Of a stretch of 64,000 nucleotides of DNA, positions 51,906 to 64,000 are shown piece by piece. The stretch is taken from NCBI RefSeq assembly GCF_004010195.1, contig NC_057718.1:18689577-18753576 (forward strand), in the 5' to 3' direction. The DNA is from Chiloscyllium plagiosum (taxonomy: Eukaryota). The first letter of the stretch is position 1; the number at the start of each line of letters is the position of its first letter. The notes beneath the pieces are model-generated. The model searched no databases and was not told the DNA's origin. It saw nothing but the letters and a program-made list of their open reading frames with translations. The position numbers were made by a program, and so were the translations under genes.

Positions 51906-52341
51906 AAACTATTTTGAGTGCCTATTGACCTTCTAGAGTACAAATGCAAGAAACAATATGACATTCCCAGCAAAGCTTTGGCAAGTCAAAGCTAATGCAG
52001 GCTTCAACTGATTACAGATTGAGCTACCAATTTGGAATTTAGCAAGGCATATTAGTTGCAAACAGTATGTATTTAATTCCTATGTTGTGCTGCATGAAAT
52101 GTTACTGCTTGCTACCTCTAAAAATGATGCAGACATCTAGTGCAATCCCAGGGCTCAGCTCATGTTGACAGGAAAGATAGGAACATTTCTCATGTGGTTT
52201 GTAACATCATTGGAGCTTCGAAATTGAGTTGCCTTTTTCTCCTTCTTTAGCATCTGTTGTGCTGCATTTATTTAATTCAAATGATCAGTTGTGATGGATT
52301 CAATATCGATTATCGTATGGTAAATCATGTTGTTTTGGCTG

Positions 52342-53143
52342 GAACTGGTACTCCAGGGAGCAGAGGCGGAGGAATTGCGAATAAGAGATAGAATTTTTGC
52401 AGAGGCAGGGTGGGAGAATGTGTAATCCAGGTAGCTGTGGGAGTTGATGGGTGTGTAGAAAATGTCAGTGTTGAGTCGGTCACTGTTGATGGAGATGGAG
52501 AGGTCCAGGAGGGGGACAGGGGTGTCAGAGATGGTCCAGGTGAATTTAAAGTCGGGGTGGAATGTGTTGGTGAAGTTGATGAACGGTTCAACCTCCTCGT
52601 GGGAGCAAGAGGTGGTGCCAATGCAGTCATCAATTTAGCGGAGGAAAAGGTGGGGAGTGGTGCCGGTGTAACTACAGAAGATAGACTGTTCCATGTAGCC
52701 AACAAAGAGACAGGCCTAGCTGGAGCCCATGTGGATGCCCATGGATACCCCTTTTGTCTAGAGGAAGTGGGAGGATTCGAAGGAGAAATTGTTGAGGGTG
52801 AAGACCAGTTCAGCCAAACGAATAAGAGTGTCAGTGGAAGGGTACTGATGGGGACGTTGGGAGAGGGAGAAATGGAGGGTTGGGAGGCCCTGGTATTGGC
52901 GGATGGAGGTATACAGGAACTGGATGGCCATGGTAAAGATGAGGCATTGGGGGCCAGATAAACAGAAGTCTTGGAGGATGTGGAGGGCGTGGGTGGTGTC
53001 CCAAATGTATGTATTTTCTGATGAAGGGCTTTTGCCTGAAACATTGATTTTCCTGCTTCTCAGATGCTGTCTGACCTGCTGTGCTTTTCCAACACCATCC
53101 TCTTGACTCTAATCTCCAACATCTGCAGTACTCACTTTTGCCT
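52342..53143. mobile_element. PLE with inverted RT fragment (minus) joined to a pLTR (plus)
   Basis: RT segment homologous to 20900-21510; pLTR at about 53015-53143; 15-bp TSD ATGTTGTTTT(G/A)GCTG at 52327-52341 and 53144-53158. Confidence 0.88.
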
Positions 53144-55677
53144 ATGTTGTTTTAGCTGCCTGTTTAGAATTCAACATTGGCTAGACACCACGGCCTGCCA
53201 TTTACTGACAAACCTGACAGTGCAAAAACCTGATCATTTCATACATTCCTTTCCCATAAAACCGGGAGCAGTCACTTGAACACAGTTTCTCACACTTTGG
53301 GGCAATGAATGCTTTATGGACGAACATGCATTGTGATTATGGATAATTTAGCTAATCCAAACTATTGCATCCAATATACACAATACAATATCACACACAA
53401 TACAGTCCACATGACCGTGAAAGCTCCTTGACTATAATTTAACCTGTTGCAAAAGGCAAACAGCGAGGCCAGGAAAAACGTGTTAATGCTCCCGTGAGTG
53501 CCACGTGTGGTCAAGTGAAACATACAGAATATCAGCCTAATGTTAAATCATAAATAATTCAGGCCTGACCGGCTGCACTTCACAGATAATATTCCCACGA
53601 TCCCAAAAGGACTTCAACCTTTGTCTTCATCAGAATATTTGATCAATTGTCTCTGCTTGCTGCTATAATTTTCAATCTCTTTCAGACCGAATAGCTATCC
53701 AACCTTTTAGTAAAGGGTTTGACTAGTGCAGCATCCACTACTTTCGATGGTTTGCTAATATTGCATTCACATCATGTTCAGGCCTATGATCAAAATTAAA
53801 ATTTTCAAATTCAATAATCTGGTCATATCTGTTCTTCCAAAGGGTTAATATTCTTCCTTTGGTATGATACAGAAAGAAAATGGATTCATGAAGCCCCTTA
53901 CTGGCTGTCTCAAAGTCCATTACTACCAATGACAGGCTTATTATGTGGAAAAAGGCAGCAAGATCCCCCTAACTGCATAGAAACAAATGAAAAGTTCACA
54001 GGATTACAGTGAATTTGAAATGGTTTGTGAGAATGGATGCTGTGTCCAGAGCAGATGCCTGATTTTTTTGGACATATTAAAGGGCCCAAAATGACTCCCC
54101 AATTAAATTAAAAAAGGAGGTTACTGCCAGCTCTTGTCTGTTGGAAACTTGTCCAATGTGACATCACCATTACATTCGCCATTTACATTCAACCTGAGTC
54201 GTTTAACAGGAGATGCTCTGTTGATTTTACAAAAACTGGACTCAATGATTGTGGAAAACATTGCAAGGGAAGTATTGATGGCAGAAGTGGAGATTAACGT
54301 TGTTGACACTATGTGACAGGAAGATATTATGGCAAGGTACTTTACATGAGTAGGCAAAGGTGGCAGAATGGATCAGTGCCAGAACTCTTACACACACCCC
54401 TCAAGACAATTCATGAAAAAGTTCAATGACCATACTAGGCTAGCTTTTAATTCATATTCTCAATCCTCTTTCCATAACTTGGCACTCACACCCCTTCTCC
54501 TTGATACCCAACAATCTCTCCAGCACGTTTCACTCCATCTTTTGCTGCACTGCTCTGCACCAGTCACTCTCCTCACTATTTCTTCCCTCATCATCTTGAA
54601 CCTTTTACATCTTCAATAGACCAGCAACAGGATTCTACTCTGAAGAAGTTTCATGACTCTAGAACTGAGACAGTCTCCTCTTGCAGGGCAAGTACACTTG
54701 TAATAAGATGGAGTAAGGAACCGGACGAAAAGGCTTCATCCATTTACTTTCCACTTAAGGAAACGCCAATCAACACCTTAGTTAATGGGTCTGCTGAGGT
54801 TGCAGGAGACCACCTATAGCATTTACACACAGCTCTCCATGGTTCCCAATCTCATTTCAATCTCACCCTTGAGTGTTATGGATGGCAAACTGTTGTTATT
54901 TCCAGAAAATGATAACCTGTCTCTTTTTCCCCATGTCTCTAAGTATTAACTCTTGTTCCTTGCTTTTGTTCCTGGTTCAGCCTTGTCTGAGCAGAAGGAT
55001 GAGTAGGGAATTGGTGAACAGAAAGCATAATTGAATTGACCAAATACTTATAGTCACCAGCGCTGAGACAGGCTCAGAGTGTAAACCAGATGGATCTTCA
55101 CATGAAGATGCATTCACTTCTAGTACGCAGGAGGATTGGATGACCCAGGCAGCTGCTAGCCAAAGAAAAAGCTAATAGTTCTCCAGTTTGGGGTACAGGT
55201 GAAGATGAAAAGGGCCCACTATCCATCAGAAAGCTGATAGTAATCCACATAGATCTGCTAGCTCTGTGCTTCAGCTCCTGCCAAGGCACCTGAACTCCTG
55301 CTTTAGATTCTGCTGCCATTCCAACAATGACAAAACAGGTCAAACTCATTCACAATGAACCAAGGAAAATCTACCGGGGTAGAATCATTAGCCTTGGTAT
55401 TAACAAGAGTGGTATGTAGTCGGAGTTTCAGGCAGGAAACTTGAAAATCCTGCATGCTCAAGTCCACACTCTGATATGTTCCCTGTCTGAAGAACGTGTG
55501 AATGAGTGGCTTGCCTTTCAATCAGGTGGGACCATTCTGGAGCATGTAATTGGCTTATGTAGGTCCAATCATGATCAGCAATGGGAGTACAGTATATAAT
55601 CTCAAAATTGTTGAGAGTCACCTAGATAAGCCTGCCTGTTACCATAAAGCATGTAAAACAGGTTGAGCCACAGGCTA

Positions 55678-57294
55678 GGTAAAAATGAGGACTGCAGATA
55701 CTGGAAACCCGAATCTAGATTAGAGTGGTGCTGGAAAAGCACAGCAGGTCAGGCAGCAACCAAATGAGAAAATGCTGGAAAATCTCAGTGGATCTGGCAG
55801 CATCTGTAAGGAGAGAAAAATGCTGACCCTTTGTCAAAGCTAAAAAGAGGGAGAAATAGGGAAGTATTTATAGGGCTGAAAGAGGTGAGTCATGGCTCCA
55901 GAAGCAAAGGTAACAATAAAGAGATGATAATGACAATGCGTAGAGAGATTATAGAGAGATTAGGAACTGTGAATGACCAAACTGAAGCCAGTGCAATGTG
56001 ACAAAATATGTGGGGGATGGGGGAAATGGGTGAAGGAGAGGCAAAATGGAAAACAGGGGAGAAGGTAGCAAACAGGAAAGAGGAGAGGAAAAAGTTGATG
56101 AGAGAGTGGGGAGCGAGTGAAAGAGAGACAATCAAGAAATAAGAGGTACAGAACAGTGAAAAAAAATATTTAAAAAAATAAATGAAATAAAATTACAGAG
56201 CAGAATGAAAACAGAGGGGTCGAGATGGGATAATCATCTGAAGTTGTTGAATTCAATGTTGAGACCGGCAGGCTGTAACGTGCCTAGTCGGAAGATGAGA
56301 TGCTGTTCCTCCAGTTTACGTTGAGCTTCACTGGAACATTGCAGCAGGCCAAGGACAGACATGTGGGCATGGGAGCAGGATTGTGTGTTGAAGTGGCAAG
56401 CCACGGGAAGGTCCGGGACCTGATTGCATACAAACCGAAGATACTCAGCAAAGCGATCACCCAGTCGGCGTTTTGTCTCTCCGATATAGAGGAGACCACA
56501 TTGGGAGCAATGAATGCAATAGACCAAATTTAAAGAGGTACAAGTGAAACGCTGCTTAATCTGAAATGATGTTTGGGGCCTTGGATGGTTAGCATGGAAG
56601 AGATAAAGGGGCAGGTGTTGCACCTTCTGCGATTGAATGGGAAGGTGCCGTGTGTGATGGGAGAGGTGTTAGGTGTGATGGAGGAGTGGACTAGGTTGTC
56701 TCGGAGGGAACGATCTCTGCGGAATGCAGACACGGGGAGGGAAGGGAAGATGTGTTTAATGGTGACGTCGTGTTGGAGTTGGTGAAAATGGCGAAGGATT
56801 ATTCTTTGCATGTGAAGGCTGGTGGGGTGAAAGGTGAGAACAAGAGGGACCCTATCCTTGTTCTGGGAGGGGAGAGAGGGGGTGAGGGTCATGGCGCAGG
56901 AGATGGACCACACGCTGTCGAGAGCCCTGTCAACAACTGTAGGTGGGAAGCCACGGTTAGAGAAGAAGGAACACATATTAAGAGCACCACTTTGGAAAGC
57001 GGTCTCATCGGAACAAATGTGGCGGAGGCGAAGGAGCTGAGAGAAAGGGATAGAGTCCTTACAGTACGTAGGGTGAGAAGAGCTGTAGTCCAGATAGCTG
57101 TGGGAGTCAGTGGGCTTGTAATGGATAATAGTGGACAGACTATTGCCAGAAATGGAGACAGAAAGATCAAGGTCAGGCAGCATCCAAGGAGCAGGAAAAC
57201 CGACGTTAAGGGCTTTTGCCCAAGACGTCGATTTTCCTGCCCCTTGGATGCTGCCTGACCTGCTGTGCTTTTCCAGCACCACTCTATGCCAGAC
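55678..57294. mobile_element. Palindromic PLE mini-element split by a second PLE
   Basis: Outer 15-bp TSD TTGAGCCACAGGCTA at 55663-55677 and 57295-57309. Confidence 0.88.
55759..57169 (-). mobile_element. 5'-truncated PLE (RT thumb and GIY-YIG) with a different pLTR
   Basis: YKPTDSHSYL..SIPFSQLLRLRHICS and VYCIHCSQCGLLYIGETKRRLGDRFAE..EQHLIFRLGTLQPAGLN; 13-bp TSD AGGTCAGGCAGCA at 55746-55758 and 57170-57182. Confidence 0.92.
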
Positions 57295-58226
57295 TTGAGC
57301 CACAGGCTACCAACCCCACAAAAATATTTAAGATAACTGATTGTCCTTTGTTCCACTATCATTTATCCTCTAAGTATCTCATGCTCTGGAATTCCCTGCC
57401 AAAACATCTCCATCTCAATTTTGTCCTTTATGACCTAGTTCTTAGTGACCTGACCTAACATCACCTTTATGTGGCTGAGGATCATAATTTATTTCATTAT
57501 GCATCTGTGAGGCACCATGTCCAATTTAATACATTAAAGGCACTATGTAAATATAGTGTTGTTGTTGTTAATTGGAGGTCGGCTGGTGTCAGATTTTAGA
57601 TGGATTGGCACGTTTGATCTAACAACAACCCACACACATTTGGATTCTAAAATTCAACACATAGAGTCGTATAACACAAATTAGATAATCATCCCTGGGA
57701 TTGCTCTCTAAAAGAACTTTCCATTTAGTTCCTCAGCACCTCATCCTTCCCCAGAGCAGTCCTAATGTTTTACTTTCAAAACGTTTGTACTCAATTTCTT
57801 TTTTACAAAATTAGTAATGAATCTGTTTCCAGCATTGTTTCAGGAAATGCATTTCAGAACAAAACAACTTGTTAAAAAGTCCTGCCCCCTCACCTCCCCA
57901 CCTCTGCCCAGTTCTTTACACTTAAAAGTTTTTAATTTAACTTAAGGTGCTATTCATGTAAATCCCACTCACATTCTCTTTTCATGTTTAACAACCTCCA
58001 TCACTCTCATGGGGCTTTTATTCCAATTGTTCTTTTCAAAGCTGCTGCTGTTTAAATACAAAGCATCAACAAGAAAGGCTAACATTTGCATAGCAACTTT
58101 CACATTCTCAGGACATTCCAAAGCTCATGATATCAAATGAAGTACTCTTGAACTATCTCTCTTCTTCACAGTCCCTTGGTATCCCGGCGTTTTTTGCTTC
58201 CACTCTGATTCAATGGCACTGAAATG

Positions 58227-58490
58227 GGGGAGGCAATGATAAGATGGTATTATCACTGTGCTGTTAATCCAGAGACCCAGGCAATATCCTGAGGAGCTAG
58301 GTTCAAATCCCACCACAGTAGAAGGTAGCATTTTAATTCAAAAAATCTGGAATTAAGAGTTTGCTGAAGACCATGAATCCATTGTCAATTGGTGGCAAAA
58401 CCTAACTGGTTCACAATGTCCTTTAGGAAGGAAGGAAACTGGACTTGTATACAGCCTAACCAATGACATCCTCATCACATGAATGAAGAA
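58227..58490 (+). mobile_element. SacSINE1/DeuSINE-like SINE, decayed
   Basis: GGTATTATCACT..GGTTCAAATCCCACC; similar to the 43520-43851 element. Confidence 0.65.
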
Positions 58491-59869
58491 AACAAACAAA
58501 AGCTGATAATTCTAATTTATGATCGGCAGACCATGAGTTTGTGTTTGAAGGGTTTGATGCATGGGCTAGTTTGGAGGTTTGCACTCTCCTTCCAACACCT
58601 CAGACCTGGACATTCCTGATGAAGGTTTGCACTGTGTTCAACACACTATTCTCAAATGAGCTGTCCCCAATTAGATCAGACACAACGCTGGGTGTTCTAT
58701 GAGCTGATGGGTATATTTAACCTGTTCGTGGAAACTTTGACAATGTCCTCCAAGTGTTTCTGTTGAGGATCTTCAGCTATAACTGATTGTAGAATAAAGT
58801 AATTGTAGAAGGCAATGAGATGTTCCTCCTAATTGAGGTGGTTGTCATAACAGTGCTTCAGTGCTGGGGAAGTGGCTTATGATAGGATGCTGTTGGACTG
58901 CCTTACTTATCGCCAGATTTGAGGTGGAGTCCTGTCATAATGTATGAAAAGTGGCAGGAAACTTACATGCAGCAAACCCCCAGTGATGATGACCAGCTTA
59001 TCTTTCTATTGTCATTAAACAACAAAAAATCAAAAGAACTGCGGATGCTGGAAATCAGAAACAAAAACAGAAATTGCTGGAAAAACCAGTAAGTCTGGTA
59101 ACATCTGTAGAGAGAAAGAAGGGTAAATGGTTTGGATCCAGTTTCAGGTAACTAGACCTGAAATATTAATTTTGTCTTCTCTCCACAGATGCTGCCAGAC
59201 CTGCTTTCTGATTTAATTTTAATCTTTTTGTGATGATTGATGGATAAATAGCAGCCAAAGCATAGTGACAATGGTATGTATCATCTACAAGATGCACATG
59301 GAGTAACCTGCCTTTTTACAGTTTTCACCCAAATATTTGCCTTCTATCGCCTAGGAAGAAAGGATAAGTGGGTGTGTAGGAATACCACCTGCAAATTCCC
59401 CTTCAAGCTATCCTGAATTGATACCACATTGCCATTCACTGTCACTGGATTCAAATCCTGGTACTCCTTTTCTCACAGCACGATGAGTAGGAAAACACCA
59501 GATAAACTGCAGAGTTCAAAAAGGGATCTCAGCAGCAGCAGCTTCTGAAGGGGCAATGAGAAGTAAATGCTGGCTTTGACAGTGATGTCCACATTGCACG
59601 AAATATTTTTTCAAAGAGAACATCAGAAATCACTCCCCTTCTCTTCTGCTCAATGATGTCAGTTGATCTTCCATGTCCAACTGAGAGTAGATAGGGTAAG
59701 TAGTTTTATAAAGTTCACGTTGTGACGGTGCTGTGTTGCAGTGTCAACTTAAAGATTTATATCCAAGTCTTTAGTATCAAGCTTGAATGCAGTGTTTGAC
59801 TCAAAAGTAAGAATGCTACTCACACAGCCAGAACTGAACTTTCCCTAATTTGTCGTCCCATGACTAATA

Positions 59870-60670
59870 AGGTGTATTGGAGCATAAACCTGCAAAGGGA
59901 TATTGAAAGACTAAGTGAATTGGCATAACTGTGGCAGATGGAGTTCAGTGCAAGCAAGTGTGTACTTTCTAGATGTATGAAGTTAAATATAGTGGATGTC
60001 CAAAAAGACCTGGTGGTTCAGGTGCATAAATGTTTAAAATGTCATGTATGGGTGCAGAAAATAATTAAGGAAGTTTATGGAATGCTGGCCTTTATATCTA
60101 TAGTACAAGCATGTAGAGGTTATGCTACAGTTATACAAAAGCATAGCTGGACCTCACTTGGAGTACTGTTAGCAGGGCAGAAAACCTTGGAAGGATAGAT
60201 TGGCCTTGGAGGCAATACAACATAGGTTTATAAGAATGATACCCAGACTGCAGGAGTTATGATGAGAGATTACACAAATTAGGCCTATTTTCTCTAGGAT
60301 TTAGAAGATTAAGAGTGATCCGATTGAAGTCATCAAGCTATTAACAGGAAAAGACAGGGTGGATAAAGATGAACGATTTCCAGTGATTGGGGATTCTAGA
60401 ACTAAGGATCACAGTCTGTGAATTAGGGCCAGACTGTTCAGGAAGTAATTCTGCATACAAAGGATAGTAGATGCTTGAAACTTTGTTCCATAAATGGCAG
60501 TGGATGTTGGATCAGTTGTTAATTTTGAATTTGAGATGGATCAATTTTTGTCTAAAAAAAGGTATTAAGGGATATGGACTAAAACCTATGGAGTTAGGCC
60601 ACAAAACAGCCATGATCTCATTGAATATGAAACAGGCTTGAGGGGCTGAATGGCCTACTCCTATTCATCT
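59870..60670 (+). mobile_element. CR1 LINE 3' fragment
   Basis: LQRDIERLSELA..WQMEF..KC; tail GGGGCTGAATGGCCTACTCCT. Confidence 0.82.
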
Positions 60671-61039
60671 GATCCTACAGCCCATGTAACGGTATTGGGG
60701 AGAAATATTGGTCCGATACTCTTCTCTATTTCTTGGGTAAAGTTTTTTGTAATGTAAACATGTCTCTGAAGATTTCCTCTGTTACTACATTTGTTGCAAA
60801 GCACTAAACATGATGTTTTAGAATTCACCTCATTGAAAAGTGACATTGTACTATTTACAGTATGTTGGCAGATACTGTAAACATTGTTTATGCCATCCTG
60901 CAGAGCAGTGTTACTGTGTGGCTTATTGAGTGCTACAAAAATATAAATATTTAAACAACTGATAAGGATGAAAAGTGCTAGCATCAGGAATATACACTGC
61001 ATGCCTCATGCTTACTTTTGAAATTAGAATATCTAAAGT

Positions 61040-62830
61040 AGAAACATAAAACCTAGGAGCAAGAAAAGGCCATTTGGCCCTTTGGGAGAGCTGTACTGTT
61101 CAAATAGATCATGGCTGATCTGGTTTTCTGCCTATAACACAAAATCCTCAATGGTTTGTCAATCAAAAATCTGTCTAATTCAGTCCTGATTAAACTACAG
61201 CCGCCAATATCTTCGGGGGAAGGGAATTTCACACACTAATGTCACCCTATGAGAAAACATTTGTCCTCATCTCTTGTCTTGACAGGGAGACGTTTCATTC
61301 TTAAACTACATTTGCATTTTAGTCTCACCTGAAAACATACTCCAGTATCTACATTAACCCCTCAAGATCTTATATGTTTCAATAAGGTGATTTTTTTATT
61401 CTCTTAAATTTCATTTTGGCACTGACTTAACCTATTCTACCTTTGGACAAAGAAATGATGTTCTTCTCAGGAATGGGCAAGTGAATCATCTTTAAGCTGT
61501 TTCTGAAGCAATTATATATTTTCTCAGATAAGGAGACTAAAACTGTACACAGTACTTCAGATGTAGTCTCACCAGTGTCCTGTGCAACCATACTTTCATA
61601 CTTCAGTACCTGTGCAAGAAATGACAACATTTCATTGTTTCCCTAATTACTTATTTTACCTACATGCTGACTTAATGTGATTCATGTACCAGGACACCCA
61701 AATCCTGTACTGCCGGAATATGAACTCTATAATTTAAGTACTATACTCCTTTTTTACTCTGTCTGTCAAAGTGGACAATTTACATTTACCCATTTTAAAT
61801 TGCATCTGCCAAATGTTTGCCCACTCACTTAACCTGCCCATAGTCCTTTGCAGAATCACTAACTCTTCTTGACAACTTATTTTCCTATCTATCTGAGCAT
61901 CATCAGAAAATTTAACCACCACACATTCAGTTCCATCTTCAAAATCATTGATACAAAATACTAATTGTTGAGGATCCAACATTAATAAATGTGGCACTTC
62001 ATTGCCTTGATCCTGCAAACCCCAAATAAGATCCATTTATCCACAATATCTGCTACCTGTTAGCTAACCAACTTTACTGTCATACTTTTTAACTTGATTT
62101 CCTGTTCACTTTGGCCAACTCTCTTTCCATACTCTCACAGTCTCATTTATTTAGTTTTAAAGTATTAGTCATCGATGCTTTCAAACTGAACATGAAAGTC
62201 TATCATGTTGTGAGCACCTTCACATGAGGTTATTGATTAATTCTGTCTCATTGCACATTATCAGGTCTAAGATCACCTGCTCCTTGGTTAGCTCTAATAT
62301 GTATTGATCCAAGAAATTGTCCAAAATAAAAGTCTATGAACTAATTTTCTAACCGACCTTTGCTATTCTGATTCTGCCAATCTACATGTAGGTTAAAGTG
62401 TCCCCTAATTAAGTGAAGCTACCCATGATTATTGCAGTTTCTTTCTTATACTTGCAATTTGTTTGTTCCTATATGCTCTGTCCTAGAGTGTAACTACTGA
62501 AAGAGGCTTAAAAACCATTCTTAAAAATGACCTATTACTTCCTCTACTTCTTACATCTACCCAAACTGATTCTACACCTTGATCTTTCAAGTTAAGGTCA
62601 AGTCTTAGTATTAATGCCATCCTCAATCAGCTGGGCTAATGTACTATTTTTTCTTAGCTTTCTGTCATTCCAACATGACAAATACCCTTCAAAATTCATA
62701 TCCCAGCATTACTCACTTTTCAACTATGTTTCTGTAATGGTTATCAAGTCATAAAAAATTTTCTGTGTCAATGCTAAAAATTAAGTCCTTTTGTTACAAA
62801 TGTTGCGTATATTCAGATACAGGACTTTAA
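61040..62830 (-). mobile_element. CR1 LINE, old and internally deleted
   Basis: KVLYLNIRNICNK (ORF2 start), KFSDDA..LQR..RLSEWANIWQMQF; tail at about 61040-61120. Confidence 0.8.
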
Positions 62831-63891
62831 ATTCTTTTTTTGTTGTCTTACCGTCTGCTGTCAAATTCTTATGTTTCCAGGTTCTGTCACTTCCTATCAC
62901 AAACTGGTAATCGCTTTGCAAATTTCTTCCCTGCTCTATTATTTTGTTGTTTTCTGACCCTTTACCATATCTCACCTCACTTGATCCCTTCCATTGACTT
63001 ATTAGTTTAAAGCTGTCACCACAACCCTGATTGTACAATTTGACAGAACACAGAGCATGGTTCAGGTGTAAGCCATCCCAAAAATACAGCTCTCATTTTC
63101 ACCAAGACTAGTGTTAGTGCCAAATGAAGTGAAACTCTTTTCTTCCACACTATTTTTCTAGCCCCATGCACTCAATTCTCTATTTATCTAATACCAGTTG
63201 ATTCTTACCTGTTTTTCATTCCAAAGAAGTGTTACTTTTAAAGGGAAAACTGCGACAGAAAAACTGTGGATTTAAATTCAGTGACTGTCTGGCATTGCCT
63301 TATGCAAAGCCCAGAGAATGTTGCACATGTAAATTATCAGGGTAACTTCAAATGGGGTGGGGATATTTAATCAGAAAGGATAATGACAGGCTGACTATCT
63401 CTCTCTCTTGGCAGAAAGCACCTCTTGCAGAGATATTTGTTTGATCCTCCAAAAGTATACAAGGACAGGGGTTAAAAAGTCAGTTTCAATCTACTAGAGA
63501 AGACAAGTGGGACCGGGTGCTCTCATGTATACCAACCTGGATTCATATGTTAGTATGTATCATGGTCACAGTCGAAGGACTATCTCAGAGTCACCCTGTG
63601 TTGCAGACAAAGGAAGATCCTGTCTCGCTCTGAGAGCTGAAAACCAGTTAATGGAAAGAAGATAACAAAGGACTCACTCTCTCTCACTCCGAATTCAATC
63701 ACAGTCAAAAGTCATCAAAATTATAGAATTTAAACCAATCTGGAAAATACAGTATCATGAAGCTTGATCACCTGTCAATGTTACTGCTAACCCCTGCTGC
63801 AATGTCGAAATAAAAACTCTTCACAGAAAATTCAGAGGCTGATCTGTTTATGTGTGTTTTGTTTTAAGCTTATCTTTTTTCATTTACATAG

Positions 63892-63960
63892 AGCCATAGA
63901 GATGTACAGCATGGAAACAGACCCTTCGGTTCAACCCGTCCATGTCGACCAGATATCCCA
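63892..63960 (-). mobile_element. HE1/CR1-type 3' tail fragment
   Basis: CATAGAGATGTACAGCATGGAAACAGACCCTTCGG is the reverse complement of the SINE/LINE tail. Confidence 0.7.
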
Positions 63961-64000
63961 ATCACCTGTCAATGTTACTGCTAACCCCTGCTGCAATGTC

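Noticed and set aside
53690..54010. Exon-like ORF (…LTLWKNRYDQIIEFENFNFDH…) with a minus-strand acceptor
   Set aside because: Equally plausible frames exist on both strands, the donor is weak and no family is recognisable.
54121..54380. Overlapping ORFs on both strands
   Set aside because: The 3' part resembles a decayed CR1 tail; no independent coding evidence.

Overview
Eukaryotic, repeat-dense, apparently gene-free (intronic or intergenic) DNA with three assembly gaps (2395-2543, 3984-4819, 19167-19556). HE1-like and SacSINE1-like SINEs and CR1/HER1 and L2 LINEs point to a cartilaginous fish, probably a shark (inference). I found no intact host gene. Most recognisable sequence is decayed retroelement: an L1/Tx1 ORF2, CR1 and L2 pieces, Penelope-like elements (PLEs) of two or three families, two solo LTRs with 4-bp TSDs, an internally deleted epsilon/gamma-like ERV (gag-RNaseH-IN-env) and a Harbinger-like remnant. 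The most notable system is a set of PLE-derived insertions carrying a minimal hammerhead ribozyme motif. Several are short non-coding palindromes. They have 12-17-bp TSDs with microhomology, and their fold-back or truncation points repeatedly fall at the ribozyme. All calls come from manual reading; no database search was run.
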